Shown here in pieces: positions 10,403 through 20,319 of a DNA stretch of 64,000 bases. The DNA comes from Pelotomaculum sp. UBA3102 (lineage in GTDB: Bacteria > Bacillota > Desulfotomaculia > Desulfotomaculales > Pelotomaculaceae): the NCBI GenBank assembly GCA_002365865.1, contig DFAQ01000031.1, positions 5 through 64,004 on the forward strand, in the 5' to 3' direction. Under the pieces are notes generated by a model, which was given only the letters and a program-made list of their open reading frames with translations, was not told where the DNA came from and did not search any database. Each line of letters begins with the position of its first letter. The stretch's first letter is position 1. A program made the translations under genes and the position numbers.

Positions 10403-11293
10403 CTAAAAATCACGGTTAATAACAAAATCGACCAGGGCTCTTAAAAAATCTGCCTTTCGGTCGAAACACCGCAGTGCTTCCTGAGCCTTCCCAGCAGCCT
10501 GCCGCGCTTTTTCCCTGGATTTTTCAAGTCCAAAAAGGGCGGGATAGGTTAGTTTCTCATTTTTTATATCACTGCCCACCGGCTTGCCGAGCTTTTTTTC
10601 GTCACCTTCCACATCAAGAATATCATCTTTAATCTGAAATGCCAGTCCCAGAAGTTCTGCATATTCAGTGAGGCAATCAAGCTGTTTTTTACTTGCCCCG
10701 GCAAGAATGGCCCCTGCCCGGACTGAAACGCGGTACAAAGCACCCGTCTTATGGCGGTGGATATATTCGAGAACCGCCTCACCGTCTGATTCATCCGTGG
10801 AACACGTGTCCACCACCTGTCCCCCGATCAGTCCGAAAGTCCCGGCTCCTTCTGCTAATTCATTAATTACTTTTAATACTTTCTCCGGATGGGAGGATTC
10901 AATTTCAGTCAGCAATTTAAAGGCCAAGGTCAGGAGAGCATCACCGGCCAGTATTGCTACCGCTTCCCCATATACCTTGTGGTTTGTAAGCTTGCCCCTC
11001 CGGTAGTCATCATCATCCATGGCCGGCAGGTCGTCGTGAATGAGGGAATAGGCATGAATTAATTCAACTGCACAGGCAGCCGGCAACACATCTGCGCTCT
11101 TACCCCCCACAGTCTCAGCCCCGGCAATGACCAGGGCAGGCCTGAGCCTTTTGCCACCGCCCATGACACTATAACGCATAGCCTGGTGAATTAAAGGCGG
11201 ATAGGCATCAGATGACGGCAGAAAGCGCTCCAGAGCCGCTTCTACAAGATTTGCCCTGTTTTTTAATTCTTCTTTAAAGTTCACTGCCGGCAT
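10403..11293 (-). CDS. ispA: farnesyl/geranyl diphosphate synthase
   Basis: 296 aa. First Asp-rich motif [16 protein letters not shown] and second motif FQIKDDILD. Confidence 0.92.
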   Translation of the reverse strand: MPAVNFKEELKNRANLVEAALERFLPSSDAYPPLIHQAMRYSVMGGGKRLRPALVIAGAETVGGKSADVLPAACAVELIHAYSLIHDDLPAMDDDDYRRGKLTNHKVYGEAVAILAGDALLTLAFKLLTEIESSHPEKVLKVINELAEGAGTFGLIGGQVVDTCSTDESDGEAVLEYIHRHKTGALYRVSVRAGAILAGASKKQLDCLTEYAELLGLAFQIKDDILDVEGDEKKLGKPVGSDIKNEKLTYPALFGLEKSREKARQAAGKAQEALRCFDRKADFLRALVDFVINRDF

Positions 11294-11543
11294 CCTCCCT
11301 TGCAGCAGTAAAAGATTTGGTTTCTATTAAATCAATACCATTCCCGGCACCGGTAACAAGGATTGAAATACGCTGTTCAGCATCTTCCAAATGTTTATTG
11401 CAAATTTTTGACAATTGAATGCCTTCCGCAAAAAGTTCCAGCGCCCCCTCCAGGGGCATCCTGCCGTCCTCCAGTTTCCGCACAACGGTTTCCAACCGGG
11501 AAAGCGCCTCTTCAAAACTAAGTTTTTTGTTTTCCTCAGGCAT
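11274..11543 (-). CDS. xseB: exodeoxyribonuclease VII small subunit
   Basis: 89 aa. [20 protein letters not shown]...[11 protein letters not shown] is a typical XseB helical hairpin. Confidence 0.9.
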   Translation of the reverse strand: MPEENKKLSFEEALSRLETVVRKLEDGRMPLEGALELFAEGIQLSKICNKHLEDAEQRISILVTGAGNGIDLIETKSFTAAREDAGSEL

Positions 11544-11724
11544 AAATTCCTCTCCTATTCTTATATTCTTTGCTTACCTGGTGTTTTATTCGCCTTCCCG
11601 TAGTTAATATAACATATTTTATTACGCAAAAATAGTGCCGCTTAACATCATAACCCTGCAAACAAAAGCCCCACAAAAAATACTGCTGCAGGGCTGATAT
11701 AATTAAATCATTATTGGTTCTGTA

Positions 11725-12369
11725 CTACATTCTCCGCCGTATTTCGGCCAGGGCCTTTTCCTTTAAACGCCCGGCTTCTGCAGCCAAACCCTCTTTCTCG
11801 ACAATAACCTTATTTATGTATGCCTGGTCTTTAATCATCGGAAGGTTAATGTCTACGTTCAGGAGAGCGCTTTTCAGGGCTGCCTCGACCAACAGGACTG
11901 CTACACCCACATCACTGACAGCCATTTTATTGCCGGTAACTGACAACCGGTCTGCAATATGTAGCGCCTTCAGGCACACCCGTGCAATTTCAACTGGGGT
12001 GTCCGTAGCGTCTTTCAGAGCCTTTTGTACTGCGGTTTCCCGTGCGACCTTCTCTTCACCGGTAGTTCCCTGCAGGCGGTAAGCCGTCATGAAATTATTG
12101 AACCCAGCCATGTCGGCTGCTACTAATTCCTCCAACTTTCCAATTAAATCATTGCCCTCTTTCAGACTCTCTTTAATTTGAGGTGCGACATCTTTATATT
12201 TTTCTTTTCCCAGGGTCAGATTACCTACCATTGAAGCCATGGCCAATCCAAAACAGGCAACAATTGCTGAAACACTGCCTCCCCCCGGTGTCGGAGACTT
12301 TGAAGCGGAAACCTCAATTACTTCACGCAGGCTTTTATCAAATAGTTCACCCACAAAAATTACCCCCAA
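11725..12369 (-). CDS. cyclodeaminase/cyclohydrolase family protein (FchA/FtcD-C-like)
   Basis: 214 aa, all-helical. N-terminal TPGGGSVSA motif typical of the family. Adjacent to folD. Confidence 0.75.
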   Translation of the reverse strand: MGVIFVGELFDKSLREVIEVSASKSPTPGGGSVSAIVACFGLAMASMVGNLTLGKEKYKDVAPQIKESLKEGNDLIGKLEELVAADMAGFNNFMTAYRLQGTTGEEKVARETAVQKALKDATDTPVEIARVCLKALHIADRLSVTGNKMAVSDVGVAVLLVEAALKSALLNVDINLPMIKDQAYINKVIVEKEGLAAEAGRLKEKALAEIRRRM

Positions 12370-12371
12370 AA

Positions 12372-13229
12372 TTACTTTTCATGTTTTTGCTGCAGTTTAA
12401 TGGCCTTAAGCAAGTTCTTCTGGATTAATGCAGTGGTCATACTGCCAACTCCACCCGGTACGGGCGAAATACCGCCGGCAACTTTTTCAACCCCCTTGAA
12501 ATCGACGTCGCCGCATATACCACCGTCATCCGTCTCGTTTATGCCGGCATCAATAACAATTGCACCGGGCTTAACCATATCGGCGGTAATCATCCCGGCT
12601 CTTCCGGCAGCAGCTATGAGGATGTCCGCCTGCCGGGTATGCTCGGCCAGGTTTTTGGTCCTGGTATGGCAAACGGTAACGGTGGCATGCTGGTTAAGCA
12701 TCATAAATATGAGTGGTTTGCCGACAGACTCACCCCGTCCGACCAGGACTGCATGCTTGCCTTTTATATCGATCCCGTTACGCAGCATAATTTCAATACA
12801 TCCCCGGGGCGTGGTAGGGAAAAGCCCCTCGCCGTTACTGAGAATATAACCGCGATTAATCGGATGGACCCCGTCTACATCCTTGAGCGGTGAAACCGCT
12901 TCCATCACCTTCTGTTTGTTCAACCCTTCGGGTAAAGGTAATTCTATTAAAATTCCTTTAACCTCATTGTTCCGGTTAAGTCTTTCAATCAACGCGACTA
13001 CCTCGTCTTCGCGTGCGGTTTCCGGTAAAGCGAATAATTCAAAATCAACGTTTACCTTGCCACAAGCTTTTTCTATGGAACGGGAGTAAAGTACTGAAGC
13101 CGGATCTTCCCCCACCAGGACTACGGCCAGCTTGGGAACAATGCCTTTTGCCCTGAACCGGGCCACTTCAGACTTTACATCCTCCCTGATTGACGCGGCC
13201 ACCTTTTTTCCATCAATAACCACTGCCAT
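12372..13229 (-). CDS. folD: bifunctional methylene-THF dehydrogenase / methenyl-THF cyclohydrolase
   Basis: 285 aa. VVLVGRGESVGKPL (NADP-binding motif) and PVPGGVGSMT. Confidence 0.95.
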   Translation of the reverse strand: MAVVIDGKKVAASIREDVKSEVARFRAKGIVPKLAVVLVGEDPASVLYSRSIEKACGKVNVDFELFALPETAREDEVVALIERLNRNNEVKGILIELPLPEGLNKQKVMEAVSPLKDVDGVHPINRGYILSNGEGLFPTTPRGCIEIMLRNGIDIKGKHAVLVGRGESVGKPLIFMMLNQHATVTVCHTRTKNLAEHTRQADILIAAAGRAGMITADMVKPGAIVIDAGINETDDGGICGDVDFKGVEKVAGGISPVPGGVGSMTTALIQKNLLKAIKLQQKHEK

Positions 13230-13246
13230 AACCTACATCCTCTTTC

Positions 13247-14452
13247 TTAGTATTTCATCTTATCTTCCACAGTACAATTAAGTATCCCCTTATACAGGCG
13301 AACCGACAGCTTTTCCCCGGTCGCAACCGCTTCAGCATCGCTGACGACACGCCTTCCATCCAGCCGGGTACATATGCTGTACCCCCTGGCAAGGGTGGAC
13401 AACGGGCTCAATGCCTGCATCCGCCCCGCCAACACCGCCAGGCGGCTTTTTTCACGCTCCATGGTGCTATTTATCCCCTGGATTAATAAATGATTCAGCA
13501 TATCAAGAGACTGCCTTTTGTCACCGCAGACAACATCCGCCGCCCGGGTAAAAATCCGGCCCGAAACACAGGAAAAGAGCCGCTGTCTACCCGCTTCCAC
13601 CTTCTTATCCAATACCTTTGAAAGCCTGGTTTGCATTACCTGAATATACCGCATCATTTCTTTTTTATCAGGGACAGCCATTTCTGCCGCGGCAGATGGG
13701 GTTGCCGCTCTGGCATCGGCCACAAAATCGGCAATGGTAAAGTCATTTTCATGCCCCACGGCAGAAATAACCGGGATTTTTGATTGAAAAATGCTGCGCG
13801 CGACAATTTCAGTATTAAAAGCCCAGAGTTCTTCCAGAGAACCGCCTCCCCGGCCGGCTATGATCAGCTCAACATCACCGAGTCGGTTTAACAGTTGAAT
13901 CCCACGGGCCACGGCAGGAGGAGCCTCTTGGCCCTGTACAGGCACGGGTACCAGGACAATCTCGCGCCCCGACCAGCGGCGCTTGATTATTTCAAGTATG
14001 TCTCTGATTGCCGCGCCGGTAGGTGAAGTTACGATACCGATTCTACGCGGCAGGAACGGCAGTGATTTTTTATACTTTTGGTCGAACAGACCCTCACGCT
14101 GCAACTTTTCTTTTAACTGCTCAAATGCCAGGTAAAGCGCACCGGTACCTTCGGGTTCTATTTCGCCGGCATAAAGCTGGTAAGTCCCATCCCTTTCATA
14201 TACAGAAACGTAACCGCGCACAGTAACCGCCATGCCGTTTTCCGGTCGAAAAGGAAGATGCCGGCTTTTCGACCGGAACATAACCACCTTCAGGCAGCTG
14301 TGATTGTCCTTTAAAGTAAAGTAACAATGCCCGGAAGAAGCTGCCTTAAAGTTTGATATTTCACCGCTGACCCATACGTTGGCCAGGAGGTAATCTTTAT
14401 CAATTAATTCTCTAATATGCCTGGTCAGTTCAGAAACGGTAATTATACGCAT
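13247..14452 (-). CDS. xseA: exodeoxyribonuclease VII large subunit
   Basis: 401 aa. N-terminal OB fold (VWVSGEISNFK...SGHCYFTLKD), catalytic region GRGGGSLEELWAFN. Confidence 0.95.
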   Translation of the reverse strand: MRIITVSELTRHIRELIDKDYLLANVWVSGEISNFKAASSGHCYFTLKDNHSCLKVVMFRSKSRHLPFRPENGMAVTVRGYVSVYERDGTYQLYAGEIEPEGTGALYLAFEQLKEKLQREGLFDQKYKKSLPFLPRRIGIVTSPTGAAIRDILEIIKRRWSGREIVLVPVPVQGQEAPPAVARGIQLLNRLGDVELIIAGRGGGSLEELWAFNTEIVARSIFQSKIPVISAVGHENDFTIADFVADARAATPSAAAEMAVPDKKEMMRYIQVMQTRLSKVLDKKVEAGRQRLFSCVSGRIFTRAADVVCGDKRQSLDMLNHLLIQGINSTMEREKSRLAVLAGRMQALSPLSTLARGYSICTRLDGRRVVSDAEAVATGEKLSVRLYKGILNCTVEDKMKY

Positions 14453-14514
14453 GATTAAGCTCCTGTTACTTAAAAGAGTAACACGTCTCCCGGGCCTTCA
14501 TCATCGTGTTAACC

Positions 14515-15945
14515 TTAGGAATTTGTTGTGGTTTGACCCGATAAGTAAGCGTGAATTGAGTTTGCCGCCTTGCGGCCGGCACCCATGGCCAGTATTACCG
14601 TGGCCGCTCCGCTCACCACGTCACCGCCTGCGAAAACCCCCGGTTTGGAGGTCGCACCTGTTTCCGGATCCGCAATAATATTACCCTTTTTACTGCACTC
14701 TAAACCATTGGTAGTCCGTGGTACCAGTGGATTCGGCCCTTGACCGATCGCTACTACCACGGTATCTACATCAATAACAAATTCCGAACCCTTGATGGGA
14801 ACCGGCCTGCGGCGTCCGGAATCGTCCGCCTCGCCCAGTTCATACCGCAGGCATTCCATACCCGTCACCCAGTAATCGTCATTGTACAAAATCCTGGTTG
14901 GACTGGTCAGAAACCGGAATTTAACCCCTTCTTCTTCGGCATGTTCGATTTCTTCATGGCGTGCCGGCAACTCGACCCTTGACCGCCGGTACACGATCCA
15001 TGACTCTTCAGCCCCGAGGCGAAGCGCGGTGCGCGCCGAGTCCATGGCCACGTTCCCGCCGCCGAGCACAGCCACCTTTCTGCCCACCCTGATCGGGGTG
15101 TCATAGCCGGGAAAGAGATAAGCTTTCATTAAATTGGTGCGGGTAAGAAATTCATTTGCCGAATACACGCCGCAGGCATTTTCACCCGGTATTTTCATAA
15201 AATATGGAAGACCGGCACCGGTGCCGATAAAGACGGCATCAAACCCGTCCTTTTCCATTAATTCGTCGACGGTGGCAAGCTTACCGACCACGGCGTTTAC
15301 CCGGATATCAATACCCAGTTTCTTTAAGTTTTCCACTTCTTCCTGAACCACTGCTTTCGGCAGCCGGAATTCGGGAATGCCGTACATCAGTACGCCGCCG
15401 GCCACGTGCAGGGCTTCAAAGACGGTTGCTTTATGGCCCAGTTTTGCCAAATCGGCAGCGCAGGTCAGTCCTGCCGGGCCGGAACCAACCACCGCCACCT
15501 TCTTACCGGTAGCAGCAGCAACCTCTTGAGGTACCGCCCCGTTATGCAACTCCCGGTCAGCACAAAAACGCTCAATCCGGCCGATTGCCACCGGATTGTG
15601 CTTCTTGCCCAGGGTACAGAACTTTTCGCACTGGTTTTCCTGGGGACATACCCGCCCACAAACAGCAGGCAGGGCATTTTTTTCCTTAATTTTTTTAATG
15701 GCCCCGGCAAAATCTTTCCGGGCAGCAAGTTTAATAAAAGCAGGGATATCAACTTCCACCGGGCAACCCCGGCAACATGGGGCCTGTTTGCACTGCAGGC
15801 AACGGGCTGCCTCGGCGGCGGCTGTTTCCTCATCATACCCCAGTGCTACCTCCTGGAAATTTTTAATTCTCTGCACCGGTTCCTGTACCGGCATGTCATA
15901 TTTATTAGGAACCAAGGTCTTTTTATTTTTGTACTCTGTTGTCAT
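14515..15945 (-). CDS. nfnB: NfnB / GltD-like NADPH-dependent oxidoreductase large subunit
   Basis: Cys clusters at the N-terminus (CLQCKQAPC, CPVE; CGRVCPQENQCE) and FAD/NAD folds (VVGSGPAGLTCAADL, VLGGGNVAMD). ATG at 15945 with a GAGGTGA RBS is preferred over the ORF-track start at 15990. Confidence 0.85.
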   Translation of the reverse strand: MTTEYKNKKTLVPNKYDMPVQEPVQRIKNFQEVALGYDEETAAAEAARCLQCKQAPCCRGCPVEVDIPAFIKLAARKDFAGAIKKIKEKNALPAVCGRVCPQENQCEKFCTLGKKHNPVAIGRIERFCADRELHNGAVPQEVAAATGKKVAVVGSGPAGLTCAADLAKLGHKATVFEALHVAGGVLMYGIPEFRLPKAVVQEEVENLKKLGIDIRVNAVVGKLATVDELMEKDGFDAVFIGTGAGLPYFMKIPGENACGVYSANEFLTRTNLMKAYLFPGYDTPIRVGRKVAVLGGGNVAMDSARTALRLGAEESWIVYRRSRVELPARHEEIEHAEEEGVKFRFLTSPTRILYNDDYWVTGMECLRYELGEADDSGRRRPVPIKGSEFVIDVDTVVVAIGQGPNPLVPRTTNGLECSKKGNIIADPETGATSKPGVFAGGDVVSGAATVILAMGAGRKAANSIHAYLSGQTTTNS

Positions 15946-16807
15946 TATTTTCACCTCTATGACTGCATCCACACTGGTGCTCGCTTTCATTTAAATATCT
16001 TTCCAGGGAAAGCTTTTCCTGGGGTTTATAAATAAGCGCACGGCGCGCCATCTCGGCAAAGTCTACCTGGTGCCCGTCAAACTCCGGTCCGTCCACACAG
16101 GCAAACTTGGTTTCTCCACCCACAGTTACACGGCAACTGCCGCACATGCCTGTCCCATCCACCATTATTGAGTTTAGGCTAACCACGGTTTTCAAACCGT
16201 ATTCCCTGGTCAGGTTGCATACCGCCCGCATCATCGGCAGGGGCCCGATGGCGATACAAAGAACAATATCGTTACTTTCTTTAATAACCTCCGTCAAAAC
16301 ATCGGTGACAAACCCCTTCCCGGCATAAGACCCGTCGTCGGTGGTTACTCTCAGTTCACTGCAGGCAGCTCTCATCTTGTCTTCCCAAAAAACCAGTTCC
16401 CCGGTTCTCGCTCCTATAATACCGGTCACCTTGTTTCCGGCTTCTTTAAGTGCTCTGGCTATGGGATAAACCGGAGCAACTCCTACCCCGCCGCCGACAC
16501 AAACAATATGCCCGTAATATTCAATACGGGACGGCTCCCCCAGCGGACCGACAAAATCCTTGACAGAATCTCCTTCATTCAGGGCTCCTAATACCCTGGT
16601 AGTCTTACCGACTTCTTGGAAAACACAGGTAATGGCACCTTTTTCCCGGTCAAAATCGGCAATGGTCAATGGAATACGCTCTCCCTCACTGTCAACCCGA
16701 AGAATAACGAACTGGCCGGGCCTGGCCTTTTCAGCTACCGCGGGCGCCTTAATTTCAAAAAGGTTTACAGACGGCGCCAAAACTTCTTTCCTGTTTATTC
16801 TGTACAT
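15923..16807 (-). CDS. nfnA: NfnA / sulfide-dehydrogenase-beta-like FAD/[2Fe-2S] subunit
   Basis: 294 aa. PyrK/FNR-like fold (PGQFVILR...RIPLTIAD), C-terminal Cys cluster (CGSCRV...CVDGP). Translationally coupled to the GltD-like gene. Confidence 0.85.
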   Translation of the reverse strand: MYRINRKEVLAPSVNLFEIKAPAVAEKARPGQFVILRVDSEGERIPLTIADFDREKGAITCVFQEVGKTTRVLGALNEGDSVKDFVGPLGEPSRIEYYGHIVCVGGGVGVAPVYPIARALKEAGNKVTGIIGARTGELVFWEDKMRAACSELRVTTDDGSYAGKGFVTDVLTEVIKESNDIVLCIAIGPLPMMRAVCNLTREYGLKTVVSLNSIMVDGTGMCGSCRVTVGGETKFACVDGPEFDGHQVDFAEMARRALIYKPQEKLSLERYLNESEHQCGCSHRGENNDNRVQK

Positions 16808-16853
16808 GTAAACAAATCACCTCTGAAAAATATGAGCAATTTAACCGGCAACC

Positions 16854-17294
16854 TTAAGATTCATCAAGCAAACCCCCGGGCTGGTACTGATCAATATTTT
16901 CTATCACCCGGCCGAGTATCCCATTAATAAATCTACCTGATTCCTCTCCGCCGAAAATCTTACCTAATTCCACTGCTTCATTTACAGAAACATTATTAGG
17001 GATATCATTACAGTAAAATACTTCATATAGTGCCAGACGCATGATATTTTTATCCACGTTTGCCATCCTGTTTATGTTCCAGTCTTTGCTTACCATATTT
17101 ATTACCTGGTCAATAGCTTGCAGGTTGTCCAGAGTTCCCAAGATGATTCTCCTGGAAAAATCCTGTTCTTTCGTCAATTCACCAAAACTGTCAGTTGTAT
17201 TTTGATACGCTTGACACGGCTCGATACCACCTACATCGACTTGAAACAGAACCTGGAGGGCCCTTTCCCTCGCCTGTCTCCTGCTCATAAGCAT
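16854..17294 (-). CDS. nusB: transcription antitermination factor NusB
   Basis: 146 aa. RRQARERALQVLFQ N-terminus and the typical NusB helical repeats. Confidence 0.9.
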   Translation of the reverse strand: MLMSRRQARERALQVLFQVDVGGIEPCQAYQNTTDSFGELTKEQDFSRRIILGTLDNLQAIDQVINMVSKDWNINRMANVDKNIMRLALYEVFYCNDIPNNVSVNEAVELGKIFGGEESGRFINGILGRVIENIDQYQPGGLLDES

Positions 17295-17335
17295 CCTCCC
17301 GGCGATTAAATGCCAATGATATTATTATTATTACT

Positions 17336-17518
17336 ACTAATACTACAGCGTAATATTGCTTATTTCGTTATGCCCGCTACGCCACGGGCGCTACGCCACG
17401 GGGACGGTTCCATCGTCTTCCCTTCGGCCCTTCGCTACGCTTCGGGGACGCTCGAACCGTCCCCATGGCTCCGCTACCCATGGCTCCGCTAACCTTTAAT
17501 TTACACTGTAGTACTAAT
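17336..17518. repeat. 183-bp nested palindromic repeat element (MITE-like or structured intergenic element)
   Basis: - **Outer inverted repeats:** 17336-17353 and 17501-17518, 15/18 matching.
- **Inner inverted repeat:** perfect 11 bp, ggggacggttc (17400-17410) with gaaccgtcccc (17454-17464).
- **Left tandem repeat:** cgctacgccacggg x2 (17375-17402), plus a third degenerate copy at 17433-17447.
- **Right tandem repeat:** ccatggctccgcta(c/a) x2 (17463-17492). Confidence 0.55.
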
Positions 17519-17732
17519 GCCTTTCCCGAAAAAGATTTTCCATTAATCCTTTAAAATCAAAATTTTCGTCCAACCGCTTGCCGATATAGTACCCGGCCGT
17601 GGCACACACCGCCACGAAAAGCGCTTTAAACAAACCGTACTTAATCGCAAACCAACCAAAGAGCAGGCCCAAAACCACTCCCATTATTTTACCCAGGTGA
17701 CTGTCCAGCATTTCCCGCAAAATTCCCATCAT
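17514..17732 (-). CDS. DUF2273-type small membrane protein
   Basis: 72 aa with two hydrophobic helices. Lies in the conserved asp23-amaP-DUF2273 trio. Confidence 0.65.
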   Translation of the reverse strand: MMGILREMLDSHLGKIMGVVLGLLFGWFAIKYGLFKALFVAVCATAGYYIGKRLDENFDFKGLMENLFRERH

Positions 17733-17750
17733 TTCACCTCATTACCGACT

Positions 17751-18281
17751 TTATTCGACCCTCGGCCTTTTTACGGCAATATTTTCAATTAAAACCCTCA
17801 CGGTGCCGACAGACAATCCGGTAACCTCGAAGACCCGCTCTTTAACCCGGTCCTGAATTTCAGCGGAAACCTCCGGAATATTAACGTCCGGTGTAACCGA
17901 CGCCCGGATCTGAATGCCGATACCCTGGGGAACGGAAAAAATACGAGGTTTAATTTCTTTCACCCCGTTTATCTGACTTACTACTTTCTCAACCAAATTC
18001 TCTATTGCCTGAAGGGACAGTTTAACCTGGCCGGGCTTCCCCTCGGCCAGAACCACATGCCTGCCCTTTGGTTTGCGGACGCTCACCCAGAACAACCTGA
18101 CGCCGGCAAAAATCAAAACTAATATTAAAGCCCAGAGAACATTCGGACGGCCGGGGTAAAAAAACCCCCTGAATAACAATACGGGTAAAGTCCAGCCCAT
18201 CATTACCGCCGAAAAAATTAAAAACACCACGGTCAGAAAGCAAGCATATACGGCCAGTAAAGCACGGTCAAAAAGGCCCAT
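17751..18281 (-). CDS. amaP: alkaline-shock-response membrane anchor protein AmaP-like
   Basis: Two N-terminal TM helices followed by a soluble Asp23-like tail. Follows asp23. The internal ATG at 18281 (MGLFDRALLAVY) is preferred to the ORF-track start at 18353. Confidence 0.65.
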   Translation of the reverse strand: MGLFDRALLAVYACFLTVVFLIFSAVMMGWTLPVLLFRGFFYPGRPNVLWALILVLIFAGVRLFWVSVRKPKGRHVVLAEGKPGQVKLSLQAIENLVEKVVSQINGVKEIKPRIFSVPQGIGIQIRASVTPDVNIPEVSAEIQDRVKERVFEVTGLSVGTVRVLIENIAVKRPRVE

Positions 18282-18424
18282 TATAAACCTCCTGATATCA
18301 AGTAGTATATTGAAAAAGTTTTCCCTGGTGTCTAAAGCCGCATTTAACCTCAAACACCAGGGATCTTGCTGCTCGTTTCATAATAGGGTTGGTAAAAAAT
18401 AAATAACCCGGGTGAGAATCATTT

Positions 18425-18829
18425 CTATTTCACTCTGTGTTCTTCTTCATCCTCGGGCACAAAGGCAATACCCTGTACATTAACGTTTACTTCTACAACT
18501 GCAAGACCGGTTGTACGTTCAACGGCATTTTTAACTTTTTCCTGGATTTCCCCCGCAACGTCAGGAATACGCACACCATAATCCATTATAATATATAAGT
18601 CAATGGCAGCCTCTTTCTCTCCGACTTCCACCTTGATTCCTTTGGTCAGGTTTTTCATACCCAACTTTTCTACTATCCCGCCGACCAAACCGCCGCTCAT
18701 TCCGGCCACGCCTTTAACCTCAATAGTAGATAATCCGGCAATTGTCTTTACCACTTCATCGGCAATCTTAATTGAACCCAATACGGTCCGCTCTTCCCGG
18801 ATAATTTCTTCGGTTCCCATCTCGGACAC
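18425..18829 (-). CDS. Asp23/Gls24 family envelope stress protein
   Basis: 134 aa. GSIKIADEVVKTIAGLSTIEVKGVAGM is the canonical Asp23 N-terminus. Confidence 0.9.
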   Translation of the reverse strand: MSEMGTEEIIREERTVLGSIKIADEVVKTIAGLSTIEVKGVAGMSGGLVGGIVEKLGMKNLTKGIKVEVGEKEAAIDLYIIMDYGVRIPDVAGEIQEKVKNAVERTTGLAVVEVNVNVQGIAFVPEDEEEHRVK

Positions 18830-18943
18830 CTCCTTTTTGAAATATATTATATCAATAAAAAAAGCATTTCAGCAATCCCCACGTTATTATAGCAAATATG
18901 GAAAAATAACGCAATTTATTACAATCTAAAAAGGTTCTATTTC

Positions 18944-20293
18944 TTAATTATCTGTCAGTATCCGTCTTTGAATGAAGTTGGTATGGACATCTCCACAACG
19001 GAAAAAACCATTGCTTAATACCTGCTGGTGAAAAGGAACCGTGGTAGGAACTCCTTTTATTACCATCTCACGCAAGGAACGGTCCATCCTGGCTATAGCT
19101 TCCTCTCTATCCTTACCCCAGACGATCAGTTTACCGATCATTGAATCATAGTAAGAAGGAATAACGTAACCGTTGTACACCGCACTGTCAACCCGGACGC
19201 CTGGTCCGCCGGGAGGCAAATAGGCAGTAATCTTTCCCGCAACCGGCATAAACTTTTTATCCGGTTGCTCGGCATTTATCCTGCACTCGATAGCATGGCC
19301 GCTTATCTTTACCTCTTCCTGGGACAGACCAAGTTTTTCACCGGATGCGATACGAATTTGTTCCTTAATTAAATCAATTCCCGTTACCAGCTCTGTAACC
19401 GGGTGTTCAACCTGAATCCTGGTATTCATCTCCATAAAATAAAAGTTAAAATTTTTGTCCAATAAAAATTCCACCGTTCCCGCGCTGAAATAATCCACCG
19501 CCCGGGCGGCCCGCACAGCAATTGCGCCCATTTCTTCACGCAGTTCCGGGGTTATGGCAGCAGACGGCGCTTCTTCGATCACCTTTTGGTTGCGTCTTTG
19601 TATCGAACAGTCCCTTTCTCCCAGGTGAACCAGATGCCCGTACCTGTCCCCCAACACCTGAAATTCAATATGCTTGGGCTCTTCCAGGTATTTCTCCATG
19701 TATACTTCCCCACTGCCGAAAGCAGCCTCTGCTTCCGCCCGGGCGGTACTGACCGCCCTTTCCAATTCCCTGCTGTTTTGGACCACTCTCATTCCACGGC
19801 CTCCACCGCCGGAACTGGCTTTTATTATTACGGGATAACCTATTTCATTTGCCAATTCGAAGACCATACCGTTATCTTTAATAGCACCTTCCGAGCCCGG
19901 CACCACCGGTACGCCGGCTTTAATCATTGTTTCCCTGGCCTGCGCCTTCACACCCATGAGCTGAATGGCTTTGGCCGGAGGCCCGATAAAAACGATGTCG
20001 CATTTTGAACACGCCTCCGCAAAGTCAGCGTTTTCAGACAAAAAACCGTAACCGGGGTGAATGGCTTCCGCCCCAGAAATAAGCGCCGCACTGATTATAC
20101 TCGTTAAATCCAGGTAACTCCTTGCAGCAGGCGGGGGTCCGATACAGTAAGCCTCATCCGCCCATAATACATGCAGGCTGTTCCGGTCCGCTTCTGAATA
20201 AACGGTAACTGTTTTTATATTCATCTCGCGACAGGCACGAATTATACGGACAGCTATCTCACCCCGGTTGGCGACTAAAATTTTTTTAAACAT
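18944..20293 (-). CDS. accC: biotin carboxylase (AccC-type; probably pyruvate carboxylase subunit A here)
   Basis: [17 protein letters not shown] start and ATP-grasp motifs ([22 protein letters not shown]). ATG at 20293 with a GGAGAG RBS is preferred. Lies immediately downstream of a carboxyltransferase-BCCP fusion gene. Confidence 0.88.
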   Translation of the reverse strand: MFKKILVANRGEIAVRIIRACREMNIKTVTVYSEADRNSLHVLWADEAYCIGPPPAARSYLDLTSIISAALISGAEAIHPGYGFLSENADFAEACSKCDIVFIGPPAKAIQLMGVKAQARETMIKAGVPVVPGSEGAIKDNGMVFELANEIGYPVIIKASSGGGGRGMRVVQNSRELERAVSTARAEAEAAFGSGEVYMEKYLEEPKHIEFQVLGDRYGHLVHLGERDCSIQRRNQKVIEEAPSAAITPELREEMGAIAVRAARAVDYFSAGTVEFLLDKNFNFYFMEMNTRIQVEHPVTELVTGIDLIKEQIRIASGEKLGLSQEEVKISGHAIECRINAEQPDKKFMPVAGKITAYLPPGGPGVRVDSAVYNGYVIPSYYDSMIGKLIVWGKDREEAIARMDRSLREMVIKGVPTTVPFHQQVLSNGFFRCGDVHTNFIQRRILTDN

Positions 20294-20319
20294 ATTCTCT
20301 CTCCGCTTCACTTTGAATA

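Noticed and set aside
11600-11700. Hairpins in the fchA-xseB gap (CCCUGCA...UGCAGGG and AGCCC...GGGCU followed by a U-rich tail), considered as a terminator.
   Set aside because: The stems are short (5-7 bp) and the loops are very large (19-26 nt), so this is not a convincing intrinsic terminator.
17310-17492. A 60-aa plus-strand ORF (MPMILLLLLLILQ...) between nusB and the DUF2273 gene.
   Set aside because: It is made almost entirely of the triplet run and the tandem and inverted repeats of the palindromic element. Its open frame is a by-product of the repeat structure.
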